This document shows positions 40,142 to 51,324 of a DNA stretch of 64,000 bases, piece after piece. The translations under genes and the position numbers were made by a program. The stretch covers positions 1,440,001-1,504,000 of the forward strand of contig CAWETI010000003.1 of NCBI GenBank assembly GCA_963812015.1, written 5' to 3'. The notes under the pieces were generated by a model, which searched no databases, had not been told where the DNA came from, and saw nothing but the letters and a program-made list of their open reading frames with translations. How positions within the stretch are numbered: the stretch's first letter is position 1; every line of letters starts with the position of its first letter. This DNA is from an uncultured delta proteobacterium. Its GTDB lineage: Bacteria; Desulfobacterota; Desulfobaccia; Desulfobaccales; 0-14-0-80-60-11.

Positions 40142-40226
40142 GTTGTTTTTACCTCATACAGATTTCAGAACATGTTAAGAAGCTATCTGATAGAGGAGCC
40201 TTGGGTGAAAAGCGGCATTCAAAAAT

Positions 40227-40242
40227 AGCAAGGTACTTGCCA
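40227..40242 (-). promoter_or_regulatory. Sigma-54 (-24/-12) promoter of the methyltransferase gene
   Basis: Minus strand TGGCAAGTACCTTGCT fits GG-N10-GC; part of a 62-bp block repeated at 51193-51254. Confidence 0.65.
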
Positions 40243-40410
40243 GGATCACCAATTATCGCTTAAGTGGGAAAAATTCCAGATATGGAATGAATATGGAAAG
40301 CTTATGGCTCAGTGATAAGTTTCGGATCATAGCAGCTAGTTGGAATTTCTATTCTGAAAAAGATTCCCATAAGGCAGTACTAATTACTAAGAACTGAAAG
40401 GTAAAGGCCT

Positions 40411-43400
40411 TTACTTGGGAAAGGAAGTGGCTAACAACTCGCTCACCTTTCGGGCCAGATCGTCTGGCGAAAAGGGCTTTTGAATAAATGCGGTGTCTTC
40501 CTGTAAAATCCCGTGATGCACGATGGCGTTGTCGGTGTAGCCAGACATGAAGAGTACCCTCATCTGAGGATACAGCGATGCCATCTGGTCGGCCAGCTGG
40601 CGACCGCTCATGCGCGGCATTACCACGTCTGTCAGCATTAAGTGGATGGGACCTTCGTGGTCCTTGCAAATGCGCAACGCCTCGTCACCGTCCCTGGCCT
40701 CAAGAACCTCATACCCATGCATCTTGAGCACATCCATTATTAAGGGCCTCAGCCCATCATCATCTTCCACCACTAAGATGGTCTCATGGCCGGGCAACGG
40801 ATTGGCATGGCTCTCGGCCTGAGGCTTTTCCGCCGGTTCTTCCACACTGGGTAAATAGACTTTAAGCGTCGTGCCGACGCCAGCCTCGCTGTAGACCTCG
40901 ATGGACCCCCCGCTTTGCTTGACAATCCCGAACACGGTGGACAATCCCAACCCCGTCCCCTTCCCGATCTCCTTGGTGGTATAGAACGGCTCAAATATGT
41001 GGGCTCGCGTCTCCTCGTCCATGCCTGTACCATTGTCGCTTACCGTCATCATCACGAAATGGCCGGGGGAGACATAGGGATGGTCCCGGCAATAGGTCTC
41101 ATCCAGATAGACGTCGCACGTTTCAATGGTGAGCTTACCGCCCTGGGGCATGGCATCTTTGGCATTGACGGCTAGGTTTAATATGATCTGTTCTATCTGC
41201 CCTTTGTCAGCCTTCATAGATGGCAGGGCCGAGTCAAGTTTTAGGACAAGCTCAAGATCTTCCCCAATCACCCTTTCCAACATCTTTTCTAAATCAGTGA
41301 CGACCTCGTTGAGGTTGATGATCTCGAGCTGTTGGATTTGTCTGCGGCTGAAGGCCAGAAGCTGCCGGGTCAACGAGGCGGCCCGAACTGCGGCACGCTT
41401 GATCTCTCCCAAGTAACCACAGAGGGGATCATTTTCTTTCAGCCCCATCAACATGATTTCGGTATACCCTATAATGACGCCCAAAATGTTGTTAAAATCA
41501 TGAGCTATTCCTCCTGCCAGCCTCCCCACCGCTTCCATCTTTTGAGCCTGGAGGAACTGGGCCTCCAGTTTCTTGAGGGGGGTGATGTCCATAAAATATC
41601 CGAGAACTGCCCTCTGGCCTTTATATTGGGTAGGAGTGACCGTTTCCATCACCCAACCCGCTTCCCCACTCTTGTTAGTGAATTGGTATTCATAAGGGGA
41701 CAAACCTTCTCCCTTTAACCGTTGAATGGCTTGCTCCCGTACGAATGCTCGGTATCCAGGGCTCACCGAAATTAGACAGTTCTGGCCCAACAGGTCTTGG
41801 GCAGTGTAGCCGGTGATGGCTTCAACCCCGGGATTGATCATGGCAAACTTGCCATGCTGGATAATATAGATGCCCATGGGGGCATGGTTCACCAGGGATT
41901 GGAAGGCCTCTTCCGCCTCCTTGCGCTCGGTGAAATCGCGATTGGAGGCCCGGCGGCCCAATGGCTGGCCATCGGTCCCAAATACGGGCTGACAGCTATG
42001 GTTTACCCAGAACTCTTGGCCGTTGCGATGGATCAGGCGAAAATCCAGGTTTCTGGGTTCATCAAGAGATCTGACCTCCTCCATATGGTTGACGAACAGG
42101 GCTTGATCCTCAGGGTGGAGGATTTGGAAGAGCAGTTGGGGATCTTCCTGAAAAGCCTGGAAAGAATACCCGGTGAGGCGCTCACTGGCGGGGGACATGT
42201 AAAGAATTTTCCCATCAGAGGCAACCCAGTACTCCATGTCGTAGGTGTAATCCGCCACCATCCGGTAGCGCTCTTCTGAAGCGAGCAAAGCCTCTTCCGC
42301 CTGTTTATGTTCGGTGATGTCCTCATAGACACCCAGAACCCCAACGACTTCACCACTGGGCTGAATCAACGGTACTTTGCTGGTTTTCAGCCAGATCTTG
42401 TCACCCGCGGGGGTGGTTTGGGGCTCGACAATGTTTATTTTGGAGCGGCGAGACTCCATGACTTGGCGGTCGTCCCTCCGGTAGGGGTCCGCTTGTTCCT
42501 TCCAGCCCATGGCAAAGTCGTCCTTGCCCAGAAGCTGTTGCGGATTACTGAAACCTGCATCGTGGGCGAATAGGGTATTGCAACCCATGTAGCGAAGATC
42601 ATTGTCCTTCCAGAAGACCCTGACGGGTATCGATTCTATAATCAATTGCAGCATATCCCGGGATTGCTCAAGCCGGTGGGCGAAATCCTGTAACTCATTA
42701 TGATTCTTAGCTAACAGTTCCTCGGCCCGCTTGCGTTGGCTGATGTCCTCAAATATGGCTACTCCCCCTGACAATGCTCCGTCCGTCGAGAATATCGGCT
42801 GGAAAATCGCCCTTACCGGGGTTGTTTTTCCTGCGGTAACCGAAAGGTAGTCACCTTCGTAATAACCTTCTTCGCCTTTGAGGGAGGCAGCTACCGCCTC
42901 CCGCATCTTGTCGTCGCGTAGTTGCCGCATCATGTTGAAGCCGATGAATTTCTCTTTTGGGGCACCGATGATCTCCGCATACTTCTCATTGCAATTAGTA
43001 ATGGTACTCGTCTGGTCATAGTGCATGATACCCAAGGGAGCCTTTTCAAAAACCAACCGAAACTTCTCCTCACTCTCCCGCAGGGCTTCTAATGCTTGCC
43101 GGCGCAAGGTAAAGTCTTCGAATATGCCCACCCCGCCAAGGAATTCGTTGTCCGGTGAAAAGATCCCTTGGAAAATAGCCCGTACCGAGGTCAGATTGCC
43201 GCCAAGGACTGAAAGGTAGTCGCCTTCGTAGAAGCCACACTGTCCCTTCATGGATGTCAGAATCGTCTCCCGAATTCGTTTATTTTGCAATTGCCGGAGC
43301 AAATTGAACCCGATGATCTTTTCCTTAGGCGCCCCAATGATCTCCGCAAACTTGTCATTGCAATCCGCCAAGGTTCCCGTCTCATCAAAGTGGAAAATCC

Positions 43401-45087
43401 CTACGGGGTTGTTTTGGAATACCAATTTGTACTTAGTTTCTGAGCTCTGGATACGGGCGGTGGCATCTATGCCCAAGCCGAGGATGGTCAAGAATGCAAT
43501 CACTCCCAAACATACGAACAGGGTGATGCTGATTCCCATGAGCCGGCCCAACATGATAGGGCGCATAGGACTTAGGATCAGCGCGGACCAGTCCTCCCAG
43601 GGTAATGGCTGGCGCAGGGCCAGTTGGGGCGTCCCCTGGAACCGTGCTTCGGCTCGGTCCACCGGTTCTCGGTTCAAAATGGGCGTAAACGGGCCTGGCC
43701 CGAATTGACGGGAGGCCTGCAGTTTCTCCTTGGTCTCCCGGGCCAGGGGCCACAGGCTTTGCAGGACCATTTCCGGCCGGTTGGTCATGATTACAATACC
43801 GTCGGAGTCAATCACAAAACCCGGGGTATCCGCTGGAAAGAACCCCTTCATATCACTGATGGGACGCTTGAAGACCGCAACCCCAACTATCTTTCCGGCG
43901 CGGTCTCGCACCGGGCAACTGGCGTAAAAACCCAGTTCCTTGGAGGTCACCCCCAGGGCCCAATACCTCCCCGGTATTTCCGTAATCGCTTGCTGGAAAT
44001 AGGGCCGGAACTTATAAGACTTACCCACAAAGCTGTCCGGCTGGTGGCGGTTGGAGGAGGCGATGGTCAGGCCGTTGAGGTCCATCAAATAGCAGACCGA
44101 TCCAGGCAAGGCCAGGCTGTAGCGGTCCAGAATCGAGTTGGCTTGCTCAATGGTCTGGGTGTCCCTATGCTCCAAGGCAGGGCGAATCCAGGGTGATCCG
44201 GCCATGGTGTTGGCCAGATTTTCGGCTTCCTCCATTTTATCGGCCATAAACCGGTACAAGATTTTGACATGACTCTCTTGCTTAGTTCTTATATCTTTAA
44301 AGACGGCATCGCCGAAATACTGGGTGGTGAACCAGCCAGCCACCAGTAAGGCGGTCACCGCGACCACGCCTCCGAGCATCAAGGTTTTACTCCACACCCG
44401 AATGCGGCGTCCGGTTTCCTGGGGCAGGGAGACATGGGCCAGGAGAAAGAGGCAGGCGCTTAACCAGAGGGCCAGCAAGCCCTTCACCAACTGGATGGGC
44501 AGGCCGGTCAGCGCCAGGAATGATTCCGAGTTGAGTTGGGCGGCGGGGAAAAAGGGCGCTGGTGTAACCACCAAGTTGGTCAGGGCATAACCAAGCATTC
44601 CCAGGGCCGCACCTTGCAAGGCTCTTCTCCCAGCCCCGGTGACTTTGGAGGCTATGTATAGCGTCCCAGCAGCCCAAAGACCGCCCCCAAATCCCAGAAC
44701 ATAGCGGCTAACCGCAGAAAATCCGGAAAGGCCGGCAAAAAATCCCAATAGGGAAACGCCCAGGAGCGCAGCCAGGATCCAGCGGCCGGGACCGCGGCCT
44801 CGAAGGGTAAAGGTGCCGGCCCGCCCAAATTCCACCAGAAAGACGAAAGAGCCGGTGGCCAGGACCAGCCTTGCCAGGTTAAAGGCGGTGTCACTCCCCA
44901 GACTCAGGGTCAGCAGACCTATCAACTCGTTTACTCCGTGGAAGGCGCCAAACGCGCCCAGCCACACCCAGGCCAACTGCGGCTGGGGTCTCCGCTTCAA
45001 TATCTGGCAGATGGGCGCCAGGAGGATGAATGCCAGCCCATAGAAGAAAAAGATATAATCGATCTGGGATCTGAAAAAGTCAGCCAT
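40411..45087 (-). CDS. Membrane hybrid sensor histidine kinase (TM region, dCache-like domain, multiple PAS, HisKA, HATPase, receiver)
   Basis: FVGKSYKFRPYF; several PAS repeats; AGGIAHDFNNIL; GTGLGLS; LMLTDVVMPRMSG. Confidence 0.93.
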   Translation of the reverse strand: MADFFRSQIDYIFFFYGLAFILLAPICQILKRRPQPQLAWVWLGAFGAFHGVNELIGLLTLSLGSDTAFNLARLVLATGSFVFLVEFGRAGTFTLRGRGPGRWILAALLGVSLLGFFAGLSGFSAVSRYVLGFGGGLWAAGTLYIASKVTGAGRRALQGAALGMLGYALTNLVVTPAPFFPAAQLNSESFLALTGLPIQLVKGLLALWLSACLFLLAHVSLPQETGRRIRVWSKTLMLGGVVAVTALLVAGWFTTQYFGDAVFKDIRTKQESHVKILYRFMADKMEEAENLANTMAGSPWIRPALEHRDTQTIEQANSILDRYSLALPGSVCYLMDLNGLTIASSNRHQPDSFVGKSYKFRPYFQQAITEIPGRYWALGVTSKELGFYASCPVRDRAGKIVGVAVFKRPISDMKGFFPADTPGFVIDSDGIVIMTNRPEMVLQSLWPLARETKEKLQASRQFGPGPFTPILNREPVDRAEARFQGTPQLALRQPLPWEDWSALILSPMRPIMLGRLMGISITLFVCLGVIAFLTILGLGIDATARIQSSETKYKLVFQNNPVGIFHFDETGTLADCNDKFAEIIGAPKEKIIGFNLLRQLQNKRIRETILTSMKGQCGFYEGDYLSVLGGNLTSVRAIFQGIFSPDNEFLGGVGIFEDFTLRRQALEALRESEEKFRLVFEKAPLGIMHYDQTSTITNCNEKYAEIIGAPKEKFIGFNMMRQLRDDKMREAVAASLKGEEGYYEGDYLSVTAGKTTPVRAIFQPIFSTDGALSGGVAIFEDISQRKRAEELLAKNHNELQDFAHRLEQSRDMLQLIIESIPVRVFWKDNDLRYMGCNTLFAHDAGFSNPQQLLGKDDFAMGWKEQADPYRRDDRQVMESRRSKINIVEPQTTPAGDKIWLKTSKVPLIQPSGEVVGVLGVYEDITEHKQAEEALLASEERYRMVADYTYDMEYWVASDGKILYMSPASERLTGYSFQAFQEDPQLLFQILHPEDQALFVNHMEEVRSLDEPRNLDFRLIHRNGQEFWVNHSCQPVFGTDGQPLGRRASNRDFTERKEAEEAFQSLVNHAPMGIYIIQHGKFAMINPGVEAITGYTAQDLLGQNCLISVSPGYRAFVREQAIQRLKGEGLSPYEYQFTNKSGEAGWVMETVTPTQYKGQRAVLGYFMDITPLKKLEAQFLQAQKMEAVGRLAGGIAHDFNNILGVIIGYTEIMLMGLKENDPLCGYLGEIKRAAVRAASLTRQLLAFSRRQIQQLEIINLNEVVTDLEKMLERVIGEDLELVLKLDSALPSMKADKGQIEQIILNLAVNAKDAMPQGGKLTIETCDVYLDETYCRDHPYVSPGHFVMMTVSDNGTGMDEETRAHIFEPFYTTKEIGKGTGLGLSTVFGIVKQSGGSIEVYSEAGVGTTLKVYLPSVEEPAEKPQAESHANPLPGHETILVVEDDDGLRPLIMDVLKMHGYEVLEARDGDEALRICKDHEGPIHLMLTDVVMPRMSGRQLADQMASLYPQMRVLFMSGYTDNAIVHHGILQEDTAFIQKPFSPDDLARKVSELLATSFPK

Positions 45088-45661
45088 ATCTGGCTACTCC
45101 TTTTCCTGATAAGCGGGTCTAAATAATCTCTTTATCCCAATCCTCAGCCTCGAAACTAAACCCATCTCAGTGAACTGAGATTACGCGGCAGCCTTAGCTG
45201 CGTTTCTCACAAATTGATGCGTTAAACCTGTTTCCCCGATTTCCAATCTATCAAACACTTTTTCCCAAGGCAACAATCTCTTGTAAGCATCATAGCACAA
45301 AAATATTTAAGGAATCGGTTTTCCATTTAAAGTGCGGGCACACTAGTGACCATTACTGTCGCTGTATCGGCGCTGTGCGGACTAAAAAACCCCAAGTCGG
45401 CATCTCCCGTCAATGGGGAACTATTGAAACAGCTGAGTCTAATTTAGGAAGGAATTATTGAAACCAGGGGATAGAGAACCAAAGCCTTGAGGAGAGAAGC
45501 TGAAGCAGGTTTTGACCGAAAATTAAAGATAACATGGTGATTCTGCAAGCTTTTATTGCTATCCTTGGCACAAGCGGTTATCAATGCTCATTTATTCATC
45601 TGAGCTTGCTGGAATATTCGTGTCTCATAAGCGCCTAAATAATTTGAGGACAAATAACTCA

Positions 45662-46786
45662 TTAATTAGCCACAACTGCCTGATTACCCTCGAATTTAAA
45701 ATCCTTTTCGGTAAATAGTCTTATGCAGGCATCCACAATTTCTCCATCATAAAGGACACCTTTGTTTTGATAGATCTCTTTCAAGGCCACACTCAAACCC
45801 AAGGCAGGTCGGTATGGTCGGTGGGAATTCATGGCTTCCATTACATCGGCCACGCCGATTATCTTCGCCTCTAAAAGGATTTCCTGGTCGACAAGACCGT
45901 GTGGATACCCCGAGCCATTTAGCCTTTCGTGATGTTGGAGAACCATTCCGGCAATAGGCCAGGGGAAATCAATACATTTAAGGATATCGTAACCGATCTC
46001 AGAATGAAGCCTGATCAGTCCCATCTCTGCTTCATGCAGTTTTCCTGGCTTGGACAGCACATCTGAGGGGACTCCTATCTTTCCAATATCGTGGACGAAT
46101 GCGGCTAATCGCAACCCTTCAATTCTTTCCACTGGCAGCCTAATTTCTTGGGCTATTCCACAGGCAAGGTGCCCCACTCGCTGTTGGTGTCCTGCGGTGT
46201 AAGGGTCTCTTTTCTCCAGGGTTGAAACAAGTGCCCCTACCGTGTTTTCAAGCAGTCCTTTGACCCTCATAAGAGTCTGATGGAGTTGGCATAGAATGTT
46301 TTTCTCTCGTATGATCCGGAAAATCTTGGCGTTTAATTCACCCATAGAAAAAGGCTTGGCAATAAAGTCAGAGGCTCCAGCATTAATGATATCTTCATAG
46401 GAATATTCTGGAGCATAACCTGTCATAATAATGAATGGCATATAAGGATGTTTTTGGTGAACCTGTTGCATCAGTTCTATCCCATCCTTTCCCCTCATTT
46501 TAATGTCACTAATTACCAAATCAATACTCTCTTGATCGAGGATTTCCAAAGCCTTAAATGCATTCGTCGCTGTCGTATGTGAAAACCTCCTCATCTGCAG
46601 ATAGTCTTTAAGAAGTCTTACGAAAGCCTCATCGTCCTCTACTACCAAGATAGATGCCGCTGCCACAACTAACTCCCCATTGCACAGGCAAGCATTTTCT
46701 GTTTTACCTGAAGTGGAAAGCAGCTTTATTTGAGCATTCAGAGATGATAGATCTTTGGCAATTTCTTGTGCATTTATCTGGGGCAT
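45662..46786 (-). CDS. Response regulator with HD-GYP cyclic-di-GMP phosphodiesterase domain
   Basis: Receiver (ILVVEDD, SDIKM, FIAKPF); RDPYTAGHQQRV, HDIGK, HHERLNGSGYP. Confidence 0.93.
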   Translation of the reverse strand: MPQINAQEIAKDLSSLNAQIKLLSTSGKTENACLCNGELVVAAASILVVEDDEAFVRLLKDYLQMRRFSHTTATNAFKALEILDQESIDLVISDIKMRGKDGIELMQQVHQKHPYMPFIIMTGYAPEYSYEDIINAGASDFIAKPFSMGELNAKIFRIIREKNILCQLHQTLMRVKGLLENTVGALVSTLEKRDPYTAGHQQRVGHLACGIAQEIRLPVERIEGLRLAAFVHDIGKIGVPSDVLSKPGKLHEAEMGLIRLHSEIGYDILKCIDFPWPIAGMVLQHHERLNGSGYPHGLVDQEILLEAKIIGVADVMEAMNSHRPYRPALGLSVALKEIYQNKGVLYDGEIVDACIRLFTEKDFKFEGNQAVVAN

Positions 46787-47433
46787 CGATTGGTCCTCCT
46801 ACTAAGCAGCAACTATTAAATTGTGATGATACAATCGATATTATAAATTTAGAATAATATGTTCTTCGGATTCGAGTTATATCTGAATGTTTTCGACTGT
46901 ACTAAGATAACTGAATTTAGCTTGTCATTCCAATTTATGTTATTTAATGATTAATTTACTTAAGCTATTTCCATATTGGTAATTTTTGTTATAAAGATAT
47001 CTCTGGATTACAATTATTCGCCTGATAAACTATAAAAATCATAATATATGGCTTTCTTTTTACAATCAGTGATAACCCTAAATTTAAAGTTCGAAAATCC
47101 TGGTTTATAGTGTGAATAGTTAAGGATAGGATGATTAAGTAATCTTCTGGGGTAGCTTCCTGCGTTATTGTCTGATTTTTTAGAAGCAATACCTGAAAAG
47201 CCCTATTAGTGGGGATATATATAAATCATCGATTCTCGAGCGTGGGATGATGATCTTGGGGCTTATTTTAAAAAAATCTTTAGTTTAAAAATCACTAAGA
47301 AAGGTGTCCAGCACCGAATGAAAGAATCGTTAACTGCCATTTATTGGCAATATGATCTCAATTTGTGGGGTGGCTTTTTTAGTTCAGGAAAATATCAGGT
47401 GCCTACAATAAAAGAAGGGGAGAATATCGATAT

Positions 47434-48696
47434 CTATTCAGGGATTTCATTACCAGGAAAGCTGTGTGCATGTTCTGCGTAATTTAATTTAGTAACATTA
47501 TTTACATTATCTATTTGAACAGAGTCCAACACTTCCCGTATTTTTACTACAAGCGTTATGAGAGAGAAGGGCTTCTGGATAAATGCCGCAGTCTTATCTA
47601 AAGCTAAATGGTGGACAACAATGTCTTCCATATGGCCGGACATGTAAATCACCTCCATTTGGGGATTCAAAGGTAATAAACATTCGGCCAAGTGTCCCCC
47701 CCCCATCTGGGGCATCACTACATCCGTCAACATCAAATGGATCAGTCCCTGGTGTTGCTTACAAATCCGCAGGGCCTCTTCGCCGCAGCGGGCACTCAGC
47801 ACCGTATATCCATACTCTACAAGGGCATCACTTATTAGCTCTCGCAGTTTATCCTCATCTTCCACCACCAGAACTGTTTCTGAGCCTCGTAGCTGGTCAG
47901 ATTCAGCAATTTGTAGCGACCTACAAGCCTTTTTAGCCCTGGTTTTCACCGTGGGGAAGAATATTTTAAAGGTAGTTCCTTGTCCTGGTTCGCTATATAC
48001 TTCAATAAAGCCACCATTCTGTTTGACGATCTCATGGGTGGCGGAGAGGCCAATACCGGGCCCCTTCCCAGTTTCTTCGGTGCTAAAAAATGGTTCAAAA
48101 ATATGGGCACGGGCCTTTTTATCCATACCCCTGCCGGTATCGCTCACTATCAGCATAGCGTAGGCACCGGATGAGACGTCAAGGTGCCTGGATAGATAGG
48201 ATTTGTTTAGAGAAACATTAGCAGTTTCAATACTTAGTCGACCTCCTTGAGGCATGGCATTCCGTGCGTTGACCGCTAAATTCATCAGGACCTGTTCCAA
48301 TTGGCCGGGATCTATTGTTACGATTATCGCGTCCGGACCAAGATTCAGGACCAGTTCGATATCTTCCCCAATGAGACGGTGCAGCATTTTATCTATTTCA
48401 ATGACAATACTATTCAAATCGACTTCCCGAGGTTGGGTTCTCTGCCGGTGGCTTAAAGTTAGCAATTGACGGGTCAAGAAAACGGCTTGTTCCGCAGCTT
48501 CTTTAATCCCTTTGACATGAGGGTGGAATTTATCATCTGGACTCATTTCCTTCATCATGATAGCCAGATGCAATATGATAATCCCCAGCATATTACTGAA
48601 GTCGTGGGCCAACCCTCCTGCTAACCTCCCCACCGCTTCCATTTTCTGGGCCTCGAGGAATTGGTCCTGAAGTTGCTCTCGTTCATTGTTGTCCAT
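47434..48696 (-). CDS. Cytoplasmic hybrid histidine kinase/response regulator lacking a sensor domain
   Basis: Begins just before EAQKMEAVGRLAGGLAHDFSN; HATPase and receiver domains follow. Confidence 0.85.
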   Translation of the reverse strand: MDNNEREQLQDQFLEAQKMEAVGRLAGGLAHDFSNMLGIIILHLAIMMKEMSPDDKFHPHVKGIKEAAEQAVFLTRQLLTLSHRQRTQPREVDLNSIVIEIDKMLHRLIGEDIELVLNLGPDAIIVTIDPGQLEQVLMNLAVNARNAMPQGGRLSIETANVSLNKSYLSRHLDVSSGAYAMLIVSDTGRGMDKKARAHIFEPFFSTEETGKGPGIGLSATHEIVKQNGGFIEVYSEPGQGTTFKIFFPTVKTRAKKACRSLQIAESDQLRGSETVLVVEDEDKLRELISDALVEYGYTVLSARCGEEALRICKQHQGLIHLMLTDVVMPQMGGGHLAECLLPLNPQMEVIYMSGHMEDIVVHHLALDKTAAFIQKPFSLITLVVKIREVLDSVQIDNVNNVTKLNYAEHAHSFPGNEIPE

Positions 48697-48801
48697 AAGT
48701 TATCCCAAAGGGGAACTCGGTTCGGTGCGCTGGACTCAATTTCAAAGTCTAAACTGTAAGAAACCCTCTACTAACATGCAAGCCTTCCTTGAGAAGTTGC
48801 T

Positions 48802-49119
48802 CTAATCTTCCGGAGCGACCCAGGAAATATTTGTTTTATTGATGATAAATACTTTGCTATCCTGCCATTCTGCAGTAGCGTCGAACACCACTATAAAGGG
48901 GTTTCGACCAAATGTAAATAGATCGCTCACTCTTTGATAAAAAATTCCCATCTCATTATTATGCTTATCTATCATCTCAATTTCTTGGGTAGATTCGCAG
49001 AGTAAATTAATTTTACCCCTTACAATGGCCCCATCCATTAGTTTTATGGTCACATGTCTGTGCTCAATTTGCTTATAAAACATATTATGAACATTATTTT
49101 GTCCCCGAACGTTGATCAT
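48802..49119 (-). CDS. Hypothetical protein (DUF6812-like)
   Basis: GAIVRGKINL...RVSDLF...PFIVVFDA...IINKTNISWV; AAGGAGG ribosome-binding site. Confidence 0.65.
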   Translation of the reverse strand: MINVRGQNNVHNMFYKQIEHRHVTIKLMDGAIVRGKINLLCESTQEIEMIDKHNNEMGIFYQRVSDLFTFGRNPFIVVFDATAEWQDSKVFIINKTNISWVAPED

Positions 49120-49754
49120 AATATCGCCTCCTTACGATATATGTTAAATTGAACATTCTTGTTTATTCTTAATAAAGGTTAATTGGTGTAGATAAATTTT
49201 GTTGATAAACTTCTTTGATAGAATTTATTCATTCAATTAATGGACCAACCCGGTTGACTTGGGTAATTCATTTAGTTCCATAATTTTTAACCTTTGATAC
49301 GGATTATAATGGTGCCCCGTCAAAAGCGCCATAGGGAAATCCACTGATTTTTGGGGAAGAAAAATACTGGTTAATAAAGGGGTGGATAGATGATTATTTT
49401 TTTGAATTCGGCTTAATTGGATTTACCGGTCATGGTTTTTCCCCAGCAATCTGTAATCGAAAACTACTTTATGCCGCAAAAATAGGCACGTTTAACTTGC
49501 CAAACCCGGCAATTATCCCCAAACCCGGAAAAGTTGAAGATATGATCCGCATAGTGAAGGAGGTTTGCCTGATCACGTTTTGACGACCATAGATCATCAA
49601 CCGCTTGGGTCCCTGCCCATTGGCATCACTGTCTCAGGTCACTGGCCGGTGCCGGTAGCGGTGCTATTATTTCTTTAATCGTTTTTTGCGGAGAACCACC
49701 ATCTCCTTGAGGTTTCGGTTGGCAAATTTTTAAACGAAAGCATTTATCCGTGCT

Positions 49755-50903
49755 TTAGCCTTCCTGCCGTATGACTGCAACGCGAATCTGCTGCACCGCG
49801 ATCAACGAAACCACGCTCATCGCAGCCCCGGCAACAAAGGGAATGCGGTAGTCCACCATCCACAACAACCCGCCGATGGCTGGAAGAAACACTGCGGCAA
49901 TGTGGTTGATGGTGAAGCCCATTGCCATGCTGGGAGCAATGTCCCGGGGGTCCGCCACCTTCTGGAAGAAGGTCTGGATGGCAATGGCAAAATTGAAAAA
50001 AACATGATCCAAGATGAACAGAATCGACAGGACAAGTTTGGATTGTACCAGGGCGTAGGCCAGGAAGATAAAGAATAGGCTGAAATATTCCAATGACAGC
50101 ACTTTCCGTTCGCCAAAGCGCAGGATGCTTTTCCCGATTATTGGGCTCAGGAAATAATTGATCAGGTCATTAATCACAAACAGGATGGTTATGTGCTGAA
50201 GGGTGAAATGGCACCTTTTCACCAGCAGGAATACTGCAAAGGCCATAAAAATCTGGCGGCGTGCGCCGCCCATAAAGGTGAGGAAATAAAAGAGCCAATA
50301 CTTCTTGCGAAAAATCATCTTTTTGTGCTGGGGGATAATATCGCGGTGGGTTGGATCGTGCAGCAGGCCCCAGATGCTGGCTGCGACGATGGCACCTCCG
50401 ATAATCAAATAGATTTGGGTGTAATTCAATAGAGCCGCCAGGCAGTAAATCAAAATCCCAATAACCACGCTGGAAGCCGAGGCCAGACTGCGCATTTTGC
50501 CAAACACCCAGGGTGATTGGGTGGCGTCAAAATATTGCAGGGTCAACGACTGATTCGTGGTCTCGTAATAGTGAAAGCCGAAACTCATGATGAGCGTGGT
50601 GAGAATGAGGCCCAGGTAGGAAGGGAACCAGCCGGTTACCGCCAGCCCCAGCCCCAGGAAGAGAATAGACAGGGCGGACAGGCGATGTTCCTTGATCACC
50701 AGCATGATAAAAACCGCCAGCAGGGCCAGGAAACCTGGAATTTCCCGTATGGACTGGATCATGCCGATGTGGCTGCCATCCAAATGCGCCACATCTACGG
50801 CAAAATTATTGAAGAGGGTAAGCCAGGCTTTCAGGCCAACCGTCGAGCTGATGGTAAGCACCATCAGGAAACGAAACATGGCATTTTGGTTAGTTTGTGG
50901 CAC
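49755..50903 (-). CDS. MFS transporter (start approximate)
   Basis: LFNNFAVD, SIREIPGFLA, GARRQIFMAFAVFLLV, GFTINHIAAV; about 12 TM segments. Confidence 0.85.
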   Translation of the reverse strand: MPQTNQNAMFRFLMVLTISSTVGLKAWLTLFNNFAVDVAHLDGSHIGMIQSIREIPGFLALLAVFIMLVIKEHRLSALSILFLGLGLAVTGWFPSYLGLILTTLIMSFGFHYYETTNQSLTLQYFDATQSPWVFGKMRSLASASSVVIGILIYCLAALLNYTQIYLIIGGAIVAASIWGLLHDPTHRDIIPQHKKMIFRKKYWLFYFLTFMGGARRQIFMAFAVFLLVKRCHFTLQHITILFVINDLINYFLSPIIGKSILRFGERKVLSLEYFSLFFIFLAYALVQSKLVLSILFILDHVFFNFAIAIQTFFQKVADPRDIAPSMAMGFTINHIAAVFLPAIGGLLWMVDYRIPFVAGAAMSVVSLIAVQQIRVAVIRQEG

Positions 50904-51196
50904 TGAGGATTGTTCCGAAATTATGCGGCCGTCCTGGCCCCATAGTCCAAAAATAGTTTTGGGGACCTCCTTGGTTCGATGCCCCCCGCAAAAGGTATCA
51001 TCCTTTGAGCTGCCTCTCTCATGGACGGCATGGTACCACCAATTTCGCTGAAAAGTAATTCCTTGATGAATGTTGGCATACCACACCCTTAGAACCCGGA
51101 CAGCTCGGTGTCATGGAGCTTAAAGACCCCAAGCACTGGCTGCGGCGACACGTGCATACCACTATTTTTGGGAATAGGGATTAACGATAAGGAAAT

Positions 51197-51212
51197 AGCA
51201 AGTTACTTGCCA
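51197..51212 (-). promoter_or_regulatory. Sigma-54 (-24/-12) promoter upstream of the MFS gene
   Basis: Minus strand TGGCAAGTAACTTGCT fits GG-N10-GC. Confidence 0.6.
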
Positions 51213-51324
51213 CGATCGACAATTATCGTCGGACCGGAAAAAATTCCAGATATGATCTGATTATCTGAATCCCTTCCTTTGTCCTGAAGTTGGGTAATTT
51301 CTTCTTTTCATTTAAACTAAATCC

